In this document: positions 24,540 to 39,199 of the stretch, one piece after another
Numbering within the stretch: the stretch's first letter is position 1
Layout of the letters: every line of letters starts with the position of its first letter
Source of the DNA: Macrostomum lignano
Lineage: Eukaryota
Direction of reading: 5' to 3'
Assembly: GCA_002269645.1 (NCBI GenBank)
Contig: NIVC01000240.1
Location: forward strand, 1 to 64,000
DNA length: 64,000 bases
The notes under the pieces: model-generated
The model's input: only the letters and a program-made list of their open reading frames with translations
Database searches by the model: none
What the model was told of the DNA's origin: nothing
Translations under genes and position numbers: made by a program

Positions 24540-24850
24540 TAGTGATGCGTGGCGGAGGAAGAGCTTCGTACCCCTGTATGAATCAACATTCGATTTATTA
24601 ATTTTTAAGGCTTTAGTAAAATGGTTTAGCAAAAAACTCTTTGCTGTTGTCTATGCCTTTACTTACTAGTTTTTGCCTTAAACGGGATCTTAAATGTACT
24701 CCTTGTTAAAATTTATTTAATTCCACGAAACTATATCGCGTTATATAAGTTGACGCTTGGAAGTTGGAGAAATCAAGGAGGAATTTTAATAGGCTTGCCT
24801 AGTTTTAATTTGTGACTGCGGTAAAGATTCTCTAGACGAAAACCAACAGA
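24540..24850. promoter_or_regulatory. Candidate CpG-retaining (bidirectional) promoter between PDCL3 and ARFGAP1
   Basis: Non-repetitive CpG-containing patch inside a CpG-poor domain, ~450 bp upstream of the ARFGAP1 ATG, with a TATATAAG at ~24743. Inference only. Confidence 0.35.
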
Positions 24851-25299
24851 CAACTTAGCTTAACTACTTAGTTTACCATATTTTAGGAGTTTAAAATTGC
24901 AATCTCCAATCCAATCCTATTCATTTTATTCCAGTAATAAACATTTGTAAATTAGATTTAGACCTAGTTGTAGGCTACTGGATGTTGTTTTTAAGTGTAT
25001 TTTTTTATTTGAAAATGAATGTTTTTATTTTGAGTTAAACAGAGTGCCCTGTACATACCTAACCTACCATACTGATTTAACTTAACTTAGGCCTGCATAG
25101 TCATTCCTTTATAAGTTTATTTTAGTTTTAGCCTAGCCTTGGCTTATCTTGTCTATTCTGATAAATATCAGATTAGTTGCTAGGCCTATACTTATATAGT
25201 TAGAGACTAATTTAAAGGCTGAAACTTGTGTATTAGGGGCTCTTATTAATATCATATTGTTATTGGTCTAATAAATTAACCTTTTTTAGTTTAGCCAAC

Positions 25300-25359
25300 A
25301 TGGCAAGTCCAAGGACACGTAGAAGTCTTGCAAAACTAAAAAATCAAGATGGAAACAGT
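25300..25359 (+). CDS. ARFGAP1: ADP-ribosylation factor GTPase-activating protein 1, exon 1
   Basis: MASPRTRRSLAKLKNQDGNS followed by donor GTAAGT. Matches the MASPRTR start of ArfGAP1 and joins in phase 0 to TCFEC at 43434. Confidence 0.88.
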
Positions 25360-28300
25360 GTAAGTTTTGAATTTTTTCAATTTAATTTGTTTTTAAGATA
25401 TGACAACTCTAAGTTTTTTAAGCATAAGGTGCAAAGAATTGTTTAAGTCTATGGCATATAAAGAAAAAACTAGGGAGAATTAATTTCTTATATATGGTGC
25501 ATCTTCTTGATTATGTTTTTGGGATATGTCATATTTATTTTAGCACCTAGCAACTAAATAGCAATTTAAATAGGAAATTAAAAACAAGCAATAAATAGAG
25601 ACAAAACAAAAGAAATATTTTTTGAAGGAGGTAACCAAAATAGTGCAATAAATAAAGTTTTGGGTAATCATTTGCTGATAATTGAGATATTTATGATCTA
25701 TCAAAAATGTATAAAATGGTACAAAACTATACAAAAATGCAACTAATATAGTTTTCTACTAAGTATTTAGTGGTATTGACAATACTTTTCTGTGAGTAAA
25801 TGCACTAAGGGACCTTATATATATATTATATATATATAGTATTTGCAAGTAAACATATATAAATAAAATTTAAAATGACTATAACTTCAAATTGAAAGAA
25901 TGGCATCTTAATTTTTTGTTATTTACTTCTAGTGACAAAATTCCAGTGTGTGGATCATGTATCTGTATATGCTGGACCAAATTTAGGCATTGTAGACTTT
26001 GTATGCCAGTGTACACTAACCAGGTTCCAGTTTTACGCCAGTAGAGCAACCAGGAAGGGATGTACTATTACGGGTCTAACATCAAAAGATTATTTTAGGA
26101 TCTTAACCCTAACCCTAAAGATGTTTCTTTCACTTTTCTTGCTTAACAGTGCAATGAGAGCATTTTTATTTATTGAAGGTATTCTTCACATAGTTACAAA
26201 GACATGTGATGCATGTGACATGTCATATGATACACTAATTATGGTCTTACTTTTTAGTTGCCAAAAAAGCATAGAAATTTGAGAAAAGCATGGATAAAGT
26301 GCATATGGCCCAAAAAAATAAACCTAGGTGACAAAACTGTTAAGTAGCCTCAAGTGCCATGCTGACAAAGTTGCATTTCAAGGTCTCTTTTTTGCACCTA
26401 TTGAGTACCTTACTGTCCGTGTAGGTCTTGGTGTGCCTGCTTGTAAAAGGGTAACCGGTGCCTCTGGCCAGGGGTATCGCTGTAGCCTTTTAGATATAGC
26501 GGAATGGCATTGTCTAGCAGGCACTCGCACGTGTCGTTGCCTCAAACTAGACAGACATCAAACAAGTCCTAAAGGTCACGGCCAAAATCCCGGAGTGGAA
26601 ACAGATAGCGGAGGTAGGGTAGACAGCTGAATATTAGATTTCAATAACATCCTACTTACAATACCTCTAAACGCTAGTCTTACGTGTCTATTAACATACT
26701 ATCTGGATGCAAAATACTTATGCAAAGAACCTACAAGCAACTGTGTCCATAACTTACTTTGCTACAAAAAAATAGACATGACGTTGCACTTACTTTCCAT
26801 GGCAGATCTGACCCATGTCGCACTTGCATACCAACAGCAGATAGACCATTGTTTCAAAGTGGTATGCACCAGTCGCTGTCTCAATGCCTGCGATGGAACA
26901 GTGCAAGAGGTTGCAAACAATCTCCAATCCTTGCCACTCTCACTCGTCTAACAGCCAATAGTCGTTCACTGCTCAGTGGTGCTCTTTACAGCAATGGACA
27001 TGCTGTGCCACATTGTATTGGAAACGGGTGAAAGCCTTGGCATCGGTCAGCAGGGTTGTTATACGCTTCTCAGGGATTCGAATCCTGGTGGCCAATGTCC
27101 CTTTACCTAGGGGATTCCTGCATGTGATGGGATTTACTTTTTTGTGCGAATGGTATTGACTATGTGTATTATCCTTGACACTTTAGCTTGTCACTGAATG
27201 TTTTTAGTGCATAAAAACTGAACCCTAATTGACTTGGTCTTGGTCTTAGAAATTCTTACAAATATGCCAATGTCAGAATAAAGGCAGTTTAAACAACCCT
27301 CAAAGGAAACACTCATCCAGATGCAAAAGGCAAGAAACATATGAAACTCACATGGAGCAACGAGCCTTGGCAACTGAGCATCGGCTAGGGAGTTTACCTT
27401 GTCTCCTCTGCTCCTTTATCTTCAGGCACATGTATGGCATACAGTATATCACTGTGGCTTCACTGCATGGGACCAAATCCAGGCATTCATGGGTGAGCAG
27501 GTCCTCAAGGCTTTTGGCGTCAGTGCAATTGAACTTCCCTGTGGCGCCTGCATAGCAAATAAAATTATGAAAGAGTAATAGTTACTTTCGGCCCTTATCT
27601 TAGACTTGTCACAACAGCCTAATACCAATTTAGTAGCCAGAAACTAGATACTAAATAGAAAAGTAAAGTATAGAAGAAAAGGGCATTTAAAGTCTCTGAA
27701 TGCTACCCACCTGTAATCCTCGCTGCAGCTGCACTGCTGTCATCAATGACTGCCAGATGCGCTGCCCTGCTTCTGCAGCAGGCTGTTTAACATCACCGAA
27801 TACCTAGCCTGCTGTTACACCATTTGCTGCAGCACACAAAGTAGGTCTTTTGAGGCTATCTCTCCAGATTCCGGCAAATCAGGCAATGGTAGGCAGGGCA
27901 ATACTGGTAGAAGTGAGGGAAAACCAGAGCGCTGGAATGGTAAAACAGAGGGTAGCAACAGAGATGCGGAGGGCAGCAATGGTGATTCAGGTGGCAGCAA
28001 GGGTGAAGCCGGCGGCAGCAAGGGTGAAGCCGGCAGCAGCAAGGGTGAAGCCAGCGGCAGCAAGAGTGAAGCCAGCGGCAGCAAGGGTGAAGCCAGCGGT
28101 AGCAAAGGTGAAGCTGGCAGCAGTGAGGGTGAGACAGAGGGCACAGACATTAAAGGGAAGGGCAGCGACAGTGCAATAGATGCCTCTAGAGCCTTGGCAA
28201 AGTCAGCACTGCCAGTGACTTCAGACCTGCTATTCAGGTGTCCCTGGACACAGCGTGTTTCTCAAGGAAAAAATGAATGCCTGAATGCTGTCCTTGATAC

Positions 28301-29460
28301 TTCCTGTTAAATATGGGTTGATAGTAGTTAGGCACATGTAGACACAATAATTACTGCCAGCAAGTGTTTTATATTTATATATTAAAAAAAAATATATATA
28401 TTATATATTTACCTATTTATATGCCAGTTTCGGGAGCTTGGGTCATTGTGCAAGATTGAGCACTCTGCAGTTGGCAGCCCATCTTCCAGGCAAGACAGAT
28501 AGTAGTGTTGGTCACGTACTGTCTGCCTTCTTGCACTTGGGTGGCTGGGTGCTGGCAAACTGGGCTATGGAAATTTGGCTAAGCAGTCTGGCTGAATTTA
28601 TTCAGTAGGAAGCCTCTTGGCCTTGCTGGATGCGCCCATTTTCATCATTAGTGCTTCCCACTAGGCCACATTGTTACTACTACTAGTAGTACTAGCACCC
28701 TGCAGCAGTGGCTATGCTGGAGCTGCACCTATGGTGTAATTGGGATAATTAGGATACTAGTATTATAACTTGAATAATAGTAAAACACATTTTTAGTATA
28801 TTCTAATTACAATAACCAACAAGAAAAAATTCTAATTTACAATTATAATAAAAACCACTTAAAGCAGTGTATAAGTTACAATAGTAATAATTTTACTAAT
28901 ATTATTTACTAATTAACTAATATGATATATTATTACATAGTTAAGTAATAAAGGAACAGAAACAGACTACAAAACAGACATAAGGTGTTGTCTCTTACTG
29001 TCACTGTTGATTTTGTCTTCAATGACAATTGGATTTTCTCCTATGGCTGTGGATTACTCTCTTGTTGCCATTGTTCGTTATAAGCTCAAGTTGTCACTCA
29101 CAACACAAATTACACAACAACGAGTAGTTAGTGAAAGTTTTTTGAACCAACTAACCAAAATAGATAGAACAAAGCTATAAAAAGCAATCTTATATCTAAA
29201 GCTGAGCAGACCAATCAATCGATCGACTGGCCGGGTTTAACACGTATCTCCTCATAATTGGCTGGCTGGCTAAATGGCTCCTCCTAAATGCGAGACTTAT
29301 ATATATCAATCCAGAATTTTCCTATGCAACAAATAGGCTATTTTAATGTTGAAATTTTCAAAATTAAGTCCATTAAAAAAGCAGAAAACTGTTTTCTTAA
29401 CCTTCTTTGGCCACATTGCCTCTCCAGTGGAGGGGTAGTGGCATAATTGTAAAAACAACC

Positions 29461-29910
29461 ACCCCAACCTCCTCCCGCGGGTCGCTATGTTTTGGAGGGA
29501 TGGGTGACGCATATTCTGGGTTCAATGCTAATAAAACCCCTGCGTGTGTGGGGTGCAGTAAAATTTAATGATTCCTCCGGAATAGGGGGGTTGGTTTGGG
29601 CTGAGTGTGTACATAGCAATATACTGTGTAAACAGATAGATAAGGACTGTGTTGAGATTCAATTGGTTTTATTATCGGCGTCTTCACCCCAACCTCCTCC
29701 CGCGGGTTGCTGTGTTTTGGAGGGGTGGGTGACGCATGTTCTGGGTTTAATGCTAATAAAACCCCTGCGTGTTGGGGGTGCAGTAAAATTTAATGATTCC
29801 CCCGGAATAGGGGGGTTGGTTTGGGCTGAGTGTGTACATAGCAATATACTGTGTAAACAGATAAATAAGGACTGTGTCAAGATTCAATTGGTTTTATTAT
29901 CGGCGTCTTT
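29461..29910. repeat. 225-bp tandem duplication in ARFGAP1 intron 1
   Basis: Two colinear copies, 29461-29685 and 29686-29910. Confidence 0.9.
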
Positions 29911-32004
29911 CAAAAGGCTGTGTATTAGCTGGGCAGCTAAATTCAATGAATAAACTTGCGATCCTCTTACTAGCAGGCAGTGAATGTACAGTCGATACTT
30001 CAATGCTTTAAATTGGGAAGTTCAAACGTAACTGTTCCTTCACTAATTGACCAAAATTGCATTGAATTACAAAAAATTACAAAGAAAATTACGTAATTAT
30101 TGTCAATTTATTGTAATTATTTACATGCTAATAAATTGCAATTTTTTAATGTAGCAATAAATTGTAATTAATTGCAAGCTAATAAATTGCAATAATGGCA
30201 ATCTATTGCCATTCAGATCCTAGGCAATCCAATGAGTAACACGTCTACATGTATTGAGGTATTTTCACCAGATGCCCAACATACCCACTATAGAAAAATG
30301 AATTACACTATAAAAGCAAATAAGCCAATGTAATAATTTGTTTCTTTTAAATCATGAAGATGTAAAAATTGTATGAGTTTGTATTTGTATTCCAATGGAA
30401 GAACAAACCGGTACAGTTCCCGGAGATGTAAAACTACTAGGTCGGACATACCCAAGTGTATCGTCATGAGGTTTCAGATCTCAACACGAACTGTATAAAA
30501 ATGAATACATAAAACAAAAAACTGTAAATAAAAAACTAATATAATATTAAATAAAACAGCACCTTTTAACATTTAATAACAGATACAAGAGTTAACCAAT
30601 GCAATGTACTCAGCAACATTGAAAAATCGCCACTCAATACCCCAGTGAGCAATTTCTCTTGGACTATTCTGGAATAAAAGATACAATAAAACTGATCGGG
30701 GCAGCTTTAATTTGTCCAACCCTTGCACACTGCTCCCCCCACTTTATTCCTCAACTCAAGTCTGCCGTGGCGTAGCCGAGTTGCGTCAATCGCAAAGAAG
30801 AGACTTTACCTGCACTCTTAAAAGTTCACAGATGGATCTTCTGCAATGGCGACTTTATGATGTTGCTGAGTAAAATTAATGAAAATAAATGATTGTGCAC
30901 AAACAAAAAACCAATAATTACTTGAGCAGTCAAAATTCATGTAACACGCAGCTTAAGAAGTTCATTTTTTACTTACTTGCAAAATTTGGAAACTAAAATA
31001 AAAATTAGGATCCAACTAATGAAAATCAGAGATAAAATCAACTTGCAGTTGACACACTATCGCTAGAAGCTCCTTGGACTGCATTTGGCGCACTAGTGAT
31101 AGCAGCTCCTAGGCCAGTTGAACAGTTGCCTCTTAGGCCAGTTGAACAGTTGCCGCTTGAGGAAGCGACAGTTAGGGGGGCTGATTGAGATTGCTCCTGT
31201 GCCTCAGCTCTGCGCTTCAGCATGTACTGATGCATGTAAATGCAACGCTCCTGTTTTGATTTCTCCTCATCATCCATATCGCCGAATGGGCTGGTGATAA
31301 TTTTATGCTAATAATTTTATGCTAATTAAATGCTAATAATTTTAGCATTTATGCATTTAATTTTTGTGGTTGTTGAAGTGTACTACGCAAAAATATACTA
31401 ATGCCTAAGCATATACATTCGTATATACACGACTTTAAATTGCTTTGAGTACGATTTTTCTAGCACCTGATTTCTATGAAAGCACCCCATCGAGATGGAG
31501 TTTTTAAAATTAACTTTCAACAACAATTTCTGCCATAAGTTTTAACATTCCTACAATTACACCTATGTTTGATAAATCCACATAAATAATTAAAGTCAAT
31601 GGAATAGTGCACAATCACAACTGTCTTTACTGATGTATTTTAAAACTAATAATACAGCACACATATTACATAATATAATACTGCAAAAAAGTTAACCGAA
31701 GAAATATGACCACATAAAATGCATCACGGTGACAAAAAGGGTCTGTGACCGTTTCACTTGTGTCCATAACACTGCTGACCACTTAATGTGAATTCTTATT
31801 TGTGACAATAGGGTCACATGTTACTATTAACTATTACTATTAACCATGCTTTGTGAACGTTCTGTTCAGGGTCACATTGTTACCTGTAAACTGTGACCAT
31901 TTTGTTCAGGCTCAAAAGTAGTAACAGGAAACTAGTCCGTACAGTTGAATGAATAAACTTGTTATAAGTCATTATAAAAAATTCAAACGGTTACCTGTTT
32001 GACA

Positions 32005-32485
32005 GCTGTGGGACAGCCACCGCCGCCTTGGCAACGCCGTTTCAAAATTGAAAGCTACTTGACCATACAACTGAAGAAGCTCCAATGAAGAAGCGCCACC
32101 GCCTCCTGTGCGACAGCCGCCACCTGTGCGGCAGCCGCCACCGCCACCTTGGCAACGCCGTTTCGAAATTGAAAGCTACTTGACCATACAACTGAAGAAG
32201 CTCCAATGAAGAAGCGCCGCCGTCTCCTGTGCGACAGCCGCCACCTGTGTGGCAGCCGCCACTGCCGCCTTGGCAACGCCATTTAGAAACTGAAAGCTAC
32301 TTGACCATACAACTGAAGAAGCTCCAATGAAGAAGCGCCGCCGTCTCCTGTGCGACAGCCGCCACCTGTGTGGCAGCTGCCACCACCACCTTGGCTACGC
32401 CGTTTCGAAATTGAAAGCTACTTGACCAAACAACTGAAGAAGCTCCAATGAAGAAGCGCTGCCACCTCCTGTGCAACAGCCTGCT
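32005..32485. repeat. 121-bp tandem repeat (~4 units), CpG-rich
   Basis: TTGGCAACGCC recurs at 32028, 32149 and 32270 (period 121). Confidence 0.9.
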
Positions 32486-35400
32486 TTGAGGAGTGGGGTT
32501 GTCAAAATTGAGTAGTGATAAACTGGAATATGAAATTGATGTATAATATTCCTTACTCACTTCGTAAAAAAGAATACCTGACATCTGAAATACTGTACGA
32601 TATTTACGGAATGGTAGCATTGTGGTCCTGAACAAAATGGTCTAAATGTGGTCAATGTGAAGGGTAATAATGTGACGCAGAACAAAACAGTCCCAAAATA
32701 TGGTAATAGGTGACCATGACGGTTACAAAACAGGTTACAGCCGGCCATTTTTGTGTCCATTCCGTTTTATACAGGTACTTGCAAAGGGCGTACTGCAGCT
32801 GTTCATGAAAGGTTTGAAAATCGGGTTTCAGTCGTGCAAAAATTGGTACAAAAAATCTCAGACAGCCAGACAACTTTCTGGACAACAAAAATTGTGTCCT
32901 AAAGGGTTAAAAGGTAAAGGAACCAACATAAACAGGCTGTGAATATGTTCCCGTTCCTTTGTATTGTATCATAGCACAACCCATTGATTGTCAGCTGTGG
33001 CATTTAGGCCATAGCAACTAATCTTTTTTGGTTTTTGTTGAAGGGATTTCTGAAAATTCAATAGAAATAATGTAAGAAATGATATTAGAAGCTATTTCAA
33101 AAAAGACTAATGAGACTATAATTAAGTCCTATTTTAAAAAATAAAAAATTCAAATGAATAAAGAACTTTACTATGTTTATATATAAAATACATAATAATA
33201 TTAAAATGAGTAGAATATACCCAAAAGCTCAGCTACAGCAATTGTGGGATATATCTAAAGGCTATATATGGCTGTTTGGTCTTAAGACTAAAGGGTCACT
33301 ATTTATTAGCTCCTTAATCTATTTAATACTTAATATATAGATACCTTAATTATCCTAAGCTTTTTGACTAATGCTAGCACCCATTCAATAGCTAAGTAAG
33401 CTAAAGCAATATAGAATTAAGCATTTTATTCAAAAACAAATTATTTTAAATCAGAATGGAACCCCCAACCTTTTAGCCAAGTTAACCAAGCATTCTTATT
33501 ATACTATGCTATAACCCTTTGGCTTCGTCTAATAATGATATAAATAATCTTTTAGATAGTAACATGCAGCAGCCAGACAGTATGCGACTAGCAGTACCAG
33601 TTTGACTTAGCTAGCTAACTTCTACCTCAAAGAGAACAAATAATTCTGCATTTAAAATTTAAACTAAAGTATAAGCCTAAACTATGTAATATGCATGATT
33701 AATGCTTGCATATTCAATTTCTAATAAATACAATGGTTAATAAAGCCATTGTGTAATATTTTTTTAAAATAAAAAATAGCTCAAACTTTACTTCTAACTT
33801 AAATAATTTTGTCATTACTTTTATTAATATAATAATAGATTTAAAATGAGGTACACAAAGTGCAAGCCCCTTTAAAGTTTAATTCTTTTATTTTTTTATC
33901 TAAAAATATTACACAATGGCCTTATAAACCATTACATTAATTATATATTAAATATGCAAGCAATATTCATGTTTATTAAATAGTTGGAGGTAGATCCAGA
34001 GGGGGCAAGTGAGCCATCCCCCCTTAGCCATGGCCAAAAAATTTTGGTCATACTTTTTGGCCTGCTACTATACCAGGTCTATTTTCCAATATAGGGCTAT
34101 AGGGCTTAGTAATAGCTTGGCCCCTCCTCAAAAATTTTCTGGATCCACGCCTATAAATAATTTAGACTTCTACTTTAATTTAGATGCAGAATTATTTCTT
34201 CTGTTACTAGGGCCAATATAAAGATTATTAATTCATATATCATTATTAGACAAAGCCAAAGGGCTATAGCCTAGTAATAAGAATGCTAGGTTAACTTCGC
34301 TATAAAAGGCTAACTAGGCTAAAATTAGGCCTAGGCTTAAAGGCTAAAAGCCCAGTAAAAGGTTGACTTGGCTAAATATACCTTATAGCTTGGTCAATTA
34401 TAGTTCCTATCTAATTTTTTTGAATTTTTATATAATACTAAAAAACAAAAGTATCAAGACAAAAAAGTTCATGAACTTGTCTTGAGCAACTATAAAATAT
34501 AAATATTTATTAATTGTAATAACTCTATATTTATTTTCCAAATAGGCCTAATCTTTAAATTTCAATAAATAGCTAGCTACTAATATTTTCACTATCATTG
34601 GCAATTAAACAGCTTAAACTAATATAAATTATCTAACTACAATACATTTATAGTCTTTTAAAACTTAAAAGCAATTTATCAATTTAGTCTATTATTCTTT
34701 GCCTTACTAAGGTCAAGGGCTTGGCTATTACTTAAAATTGTTAATTTTAATTTTTGCATTATATTTTAATTAAAATTATTTCTTTAAAGTCTAGGCAACA
34801 TCTTAAAGGCTGGCTAAAGTCAAAGATAAGTCTAAGAGAAGTTGTAAGACCATTCTTGACTTAGGTAAGCAAATAAAAGTATAAAGAATTTCTAGACCAA
34901 ATAGCTAACATCAAAGTATTTTCTAGTTTGTTACGAATGTGAAGAGGGAAATCAAGAACTAGGCCTATTCCTTAAAAAAGCCAAAATGAGAAGTTTTGGT
35001 TAGAATGGAAACATAACTAAAGGTGATAATTGCATTATTGCTGAAAATTAGTCAAGCTTTTCTAATTCTAATAAAAATTTATATTATATTTACAATAATA
35101 ATATTAACAAAAATCTAGACCTAGCTGCCTAGCCTATATTCAAAACTAAAACTTTTAGACTATAGAATAAGTCATTAAAATAGCCTTTTTCTTTGGCTTT
35201 TATCTAATTAGTATTGATATAATTCAACTGATTCGAGCCTAGACACCCTGTATTGAATACCTGTAGCCTATAGGCCCTAAGGATAGCCAGCCATAGTCCA
35301 TATAATAATATAGGCCCTTGCCCAACAATATATAAATAATCTCTAAATTCCTCTGAGTCCTAGGCTAATTTTGAATATCACACATTGAGAGTCACACTGT

Positions 35401-37004
35401 TTCACACTAAGAGTTTGCATCGAAGTCGATATGTAGGGGAGCTTAAATATATATTTAGCTAAAATAACTAAAATTGGCTAAAAAAGCTAAAAGTTGCGCA
35501 ACTACTGTATCACTTACTCTTGTATAGCATAGCATTCTGTCATCTAAATCATTTTACTATATTTACTATCGTTAAAATACTCATAATCACCAGACTTTGA
35601 TCAAAGACAGCAGGCCATAATAGTTTAAACAAATATTTCCAAATCAAGTCTGTAACCAAATATTATTACAAGTATTTTGCTAAAAGATATATACTATCTA
35701 AATAACTTGCATTTAATCTGTACTTGACAAAAGAGAAGAGGCTCATTCTATATAAGATGGACATTTTTGGAAAATAGAAAAAAGTCAATATTTTTGCTTG
35801 CCATTGCCTTATCAGCCAATTTTTTTACCAAATGTTTTTTATGTGTAATATCTACAATCTAAGAATAAATGAATGATAAAATGTTAGATTAGTATGCTAT
35901 CAAGTGGCAAAAAGTCATTTTTGTAAAAATTTAGACATTTTTCTAAGCAAAAGACATCATTAAGTTTGTGTACCTTTTAAAAACAAATAGAAAGCTTTGG
36001 AAGGTTGAAACAAACTATAGATAAAAGTATAGTACTTGCATCATCAGATAAAAGTATTGGTGACCAAATAATCTATTATATTTTTAATATATTGGTACCT
36101 CAAAGTTACTGAATTGACAGAAAAAAATATGTTACGACCATAATGTTATGACCATAAGGCTGCCTTTTCTTTTGTATCTTTGTTGCCTTTTTGAGTTTAT
36201 ATATTCTACAAAAAGAGTATGATTACTAAAGATGTTCTGAGTCAAATTTTAAAAAATGTATTGCAAAATATCAAAAATAAAAATGTTATAAGACTTTTAC
36301 CTTTTAGTTTCTATATGTCAAAAATCCTGTTGTTACGACCATAAGTGCCTTTCAAGGTTTAATAGCATCTATACTAATGATGATATCTACATGAAACTCT
36401 ATAAAAATATTTTTTACAAAATTATCTTTCATTTAAAATATTGGTTTAGTATATTCTATTATTATATTTCATTTTATAAGTAAAAATAGCCTGTCATGTT
36501 ACGACCATGCTTATATGGAATGAGCCAAGAATATTCGCCACTATAACATTAAAACTTTTAAATAGCAACCAATGTTCATTAATTATAATTAATTATACTC
36601 TAATAAATGCCAATTTTGGCATGCTCCTAAGAAATTGTAATTTTTATACTTCACTGACAATATCTTGTAATTTTTATACTTCACTGACAATATCTTGTAA
36701 TTTTTGCAAGAAACTATGCAATTTGGTCAATAAGTGTTGAGTTTTAAGTTTTAAGAGAATTTATATTGCTGGAAAGATCCCCAAGAGTTTGGGGATATAA
36801 GTTATTTGCTTTAAATATGAAAACAAAAAGCACAGCATTAAAAAAACGATTTCCATACTTTTAAACTTTCTGCCAAGATTGTAGTTGGGGGGAGGTTGCG
36901 TACACAAATTCAAGCCAGCTATCATTTGAGTAATTTCAGTAATGGAGGAGGCGGTGACAAATTTCAATTGGTTTGATTATCAGTGCTTTCAGTCCATCAG
37001 ATAA

Positions 37005-38600
37005 GAAAGTAGAGAGAAGAGATTTCAAGGAGAAGAGAGGATAGAAAGATGATAGAAAAGACAGTAGATATGAGAGCTGTGAGATTAAAGACGAGTCGAT
37101 GACAGAGGGGAGAGAAGAGGGGAGTGAGGTGGGAATGATGAAGAGGGAGAGCGAAGAGAAGAGAATGTAGAGGGAAGAAAGGAGGGGAGAGAGGAAAAAT
37201 GAGAGAGCAAAGGAGGGAGGAAAGATGGGAGGAGAGAGGGATAAGAGAGTACAGAGGAGAGAGAAGAAAGATGAGACAGGAGACGGTAGAGAGGAGAGGG
37301 GAAAGATGAGAGATGATTAAGGAGAGGGTAAGAGAGAAAATAGGAGTATGAGAAATGAGAGCAGAGAGAAGAGACGAGAGAGAAAAGAGAAGAGAGAGAG
37401 AGGGCAGGGTGGAGGAGAGGCAATAGATAAGCGAGTAGAGATGAGAGATGGAAGAGAAGAGGAGAGATAAGAGAGAATTGAGAGAAGACAGGAGAGAAGA
37501 CAGGAGAAAGAGAAGCGAGAAGAGAAGAGAGAGAGCAAAGGGGAAAGATGAGAGAATAGAGATAAGAAAAAAGAGATAAGAGCGCAGAGAGGAGAGATGA
37601 GAGATAGGAGGTGATTGATAAGAAAGTAAGAGTAGAGATGAGAGAGATGAGAGCAGAGAGAAGAGATTAGATAAAGGAGCAAAGAGGAGAGAGGAGACAG
37701 GAGAGAGTCTCAGTCTGGACCTGGCAGTCAATTTTTGCAAACAGGGAAAACATGCTATGATATTTCAGAGGTTTTATAGAGGATTTTTTAAATTTTTTGA
37801 CGTATATCCAGACAAGTAAAAAGCATATTTTATAGACTTTAGTTTCATAGTCTTGAGTGACTGAAATTTGATAGAGATAATATTTTTTTAATTGATGGAT
37901 TGTAGCTTGAAGGAGATGATACATGCTGGATTGCATTTAACGGAGATGATTTTGATGATATCTGTTTGATAGAAAGGATGAAATGGCTAAATGAAAGGGA
38001 ATAGAGAAAAGAGAAAAGGAAAGAGTGGATAAAATATTAGATGAAAGAGAACATGAAAAGAGAGAATCAAAAGGGACAGATTAGAGAAAAGAAAAAGAGA
38101 ATAAAGGCGAGAGAAGAGATGAGGGAATTAAGAGGAGAGAGGAGAGGGGGTAAGAGAGGAGAAAGAGGAGACAGGAGGGAGTAGAGCCAAAAGACGAGAG
38201 AGAAGAGATAAAAGAGTAAAGATGAGGGGAGAGAGAGGAGAGGGGAGAAAGTAGAAAGATGAGAGAGCAGAGAGGAGATAAAGGAGAGGAGAGTGAAGAG
38301 ATAAAAGAGAAGAGAGGAAAAAGTAGAGGAGAAAGTAGTGAGGAGAAAGAAGAGAGTAGATATGAGAGTGCAGAAAGGAGAGAGTAGAGAGTAGAGATGA
38401 GAGATAAGAGATGAGATGAGAAATGATTGATAAACGAGCAGATGAGAGCAGAGAGGAGATAGGAGAGATTAGAGATGAGAGAGCAAAGAGGAGAGAGGGA
38501 CAGACGAGAGTCTCAATCTGGACAATGGCAGGCAGTCAATTTTTGCAAACAGGTAAAACAACATGATTTTTGGGGGGTTAATAGAGGATTTGGAGAGGAT
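37005..38600. repeat. Two purine-rich (AG) low-complexity tracts, each ending in a shared ~90-bp terminus
   Basis: GAGAGTCTCA.TCTGGAC...GGCAGTCAATTTTTGCAAACAGG.AAAAC at ~37705 and ~38505. Confidence 0.8.
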
Positions 38601-39199
38601 TTAGACAATGGGATTCGTGTCATTGGATTCAGCTGATGGATTTCAGGGAATGAAATTCTGGCGATAGGTGTTAAATTTGTGTTAAATTTCTAGTTCTATA
38701 TATATTCCATTTCCACATAGCTCATAGTTGCTATTTATAAATTCTAAGATAAATGAACATAGCATACTAAGACTAAGCTAACTAAAGCATAGCATAGCAC
38801 AATGGCACAGACAGCATAATTCAATTGCATAAACTATTATTATAATTACTATGTTATATTGATGCTAATGCATGATATGATGGTCATTTTTTCACCAGTT
38901 TTTCTGTCTTAATGTCTAGTCAGAGTTTTAAAAAGTCTGTAACATTTTATATATAATTATAATATTATAAGATTACTAAATACCTTCTACAAATCTTTAT
39001 AGAATAATACTTACTAAGTTATTAGCATAATTTTACCAAAATTTCTTTTTTTTTAGATTAGATAATAAGATAAAGATACCAAGTTAGTCGAATTTGATTT
39101 AGTTTAGTAATAAATAATATCCCCCTTTATGTCTTATTCATTTTCCTTAGTCATTAGTAGCTTAGTTAGTAGAAAAAAACAGAAAAAGAAAGGGGATTT

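Noticed and set aside
32880-32910. piggyBac element ending in AAAGGG-TTAA
   Set aside because: No matching left TIR (TTAACCCTTTAGGAC) or transposase found in the window.
36997-37740. Leu/Ser-rich membrane-protein ORFs (also 47099-47689)
   Set aside because: Translations of AG/CT low-complexity DNA.
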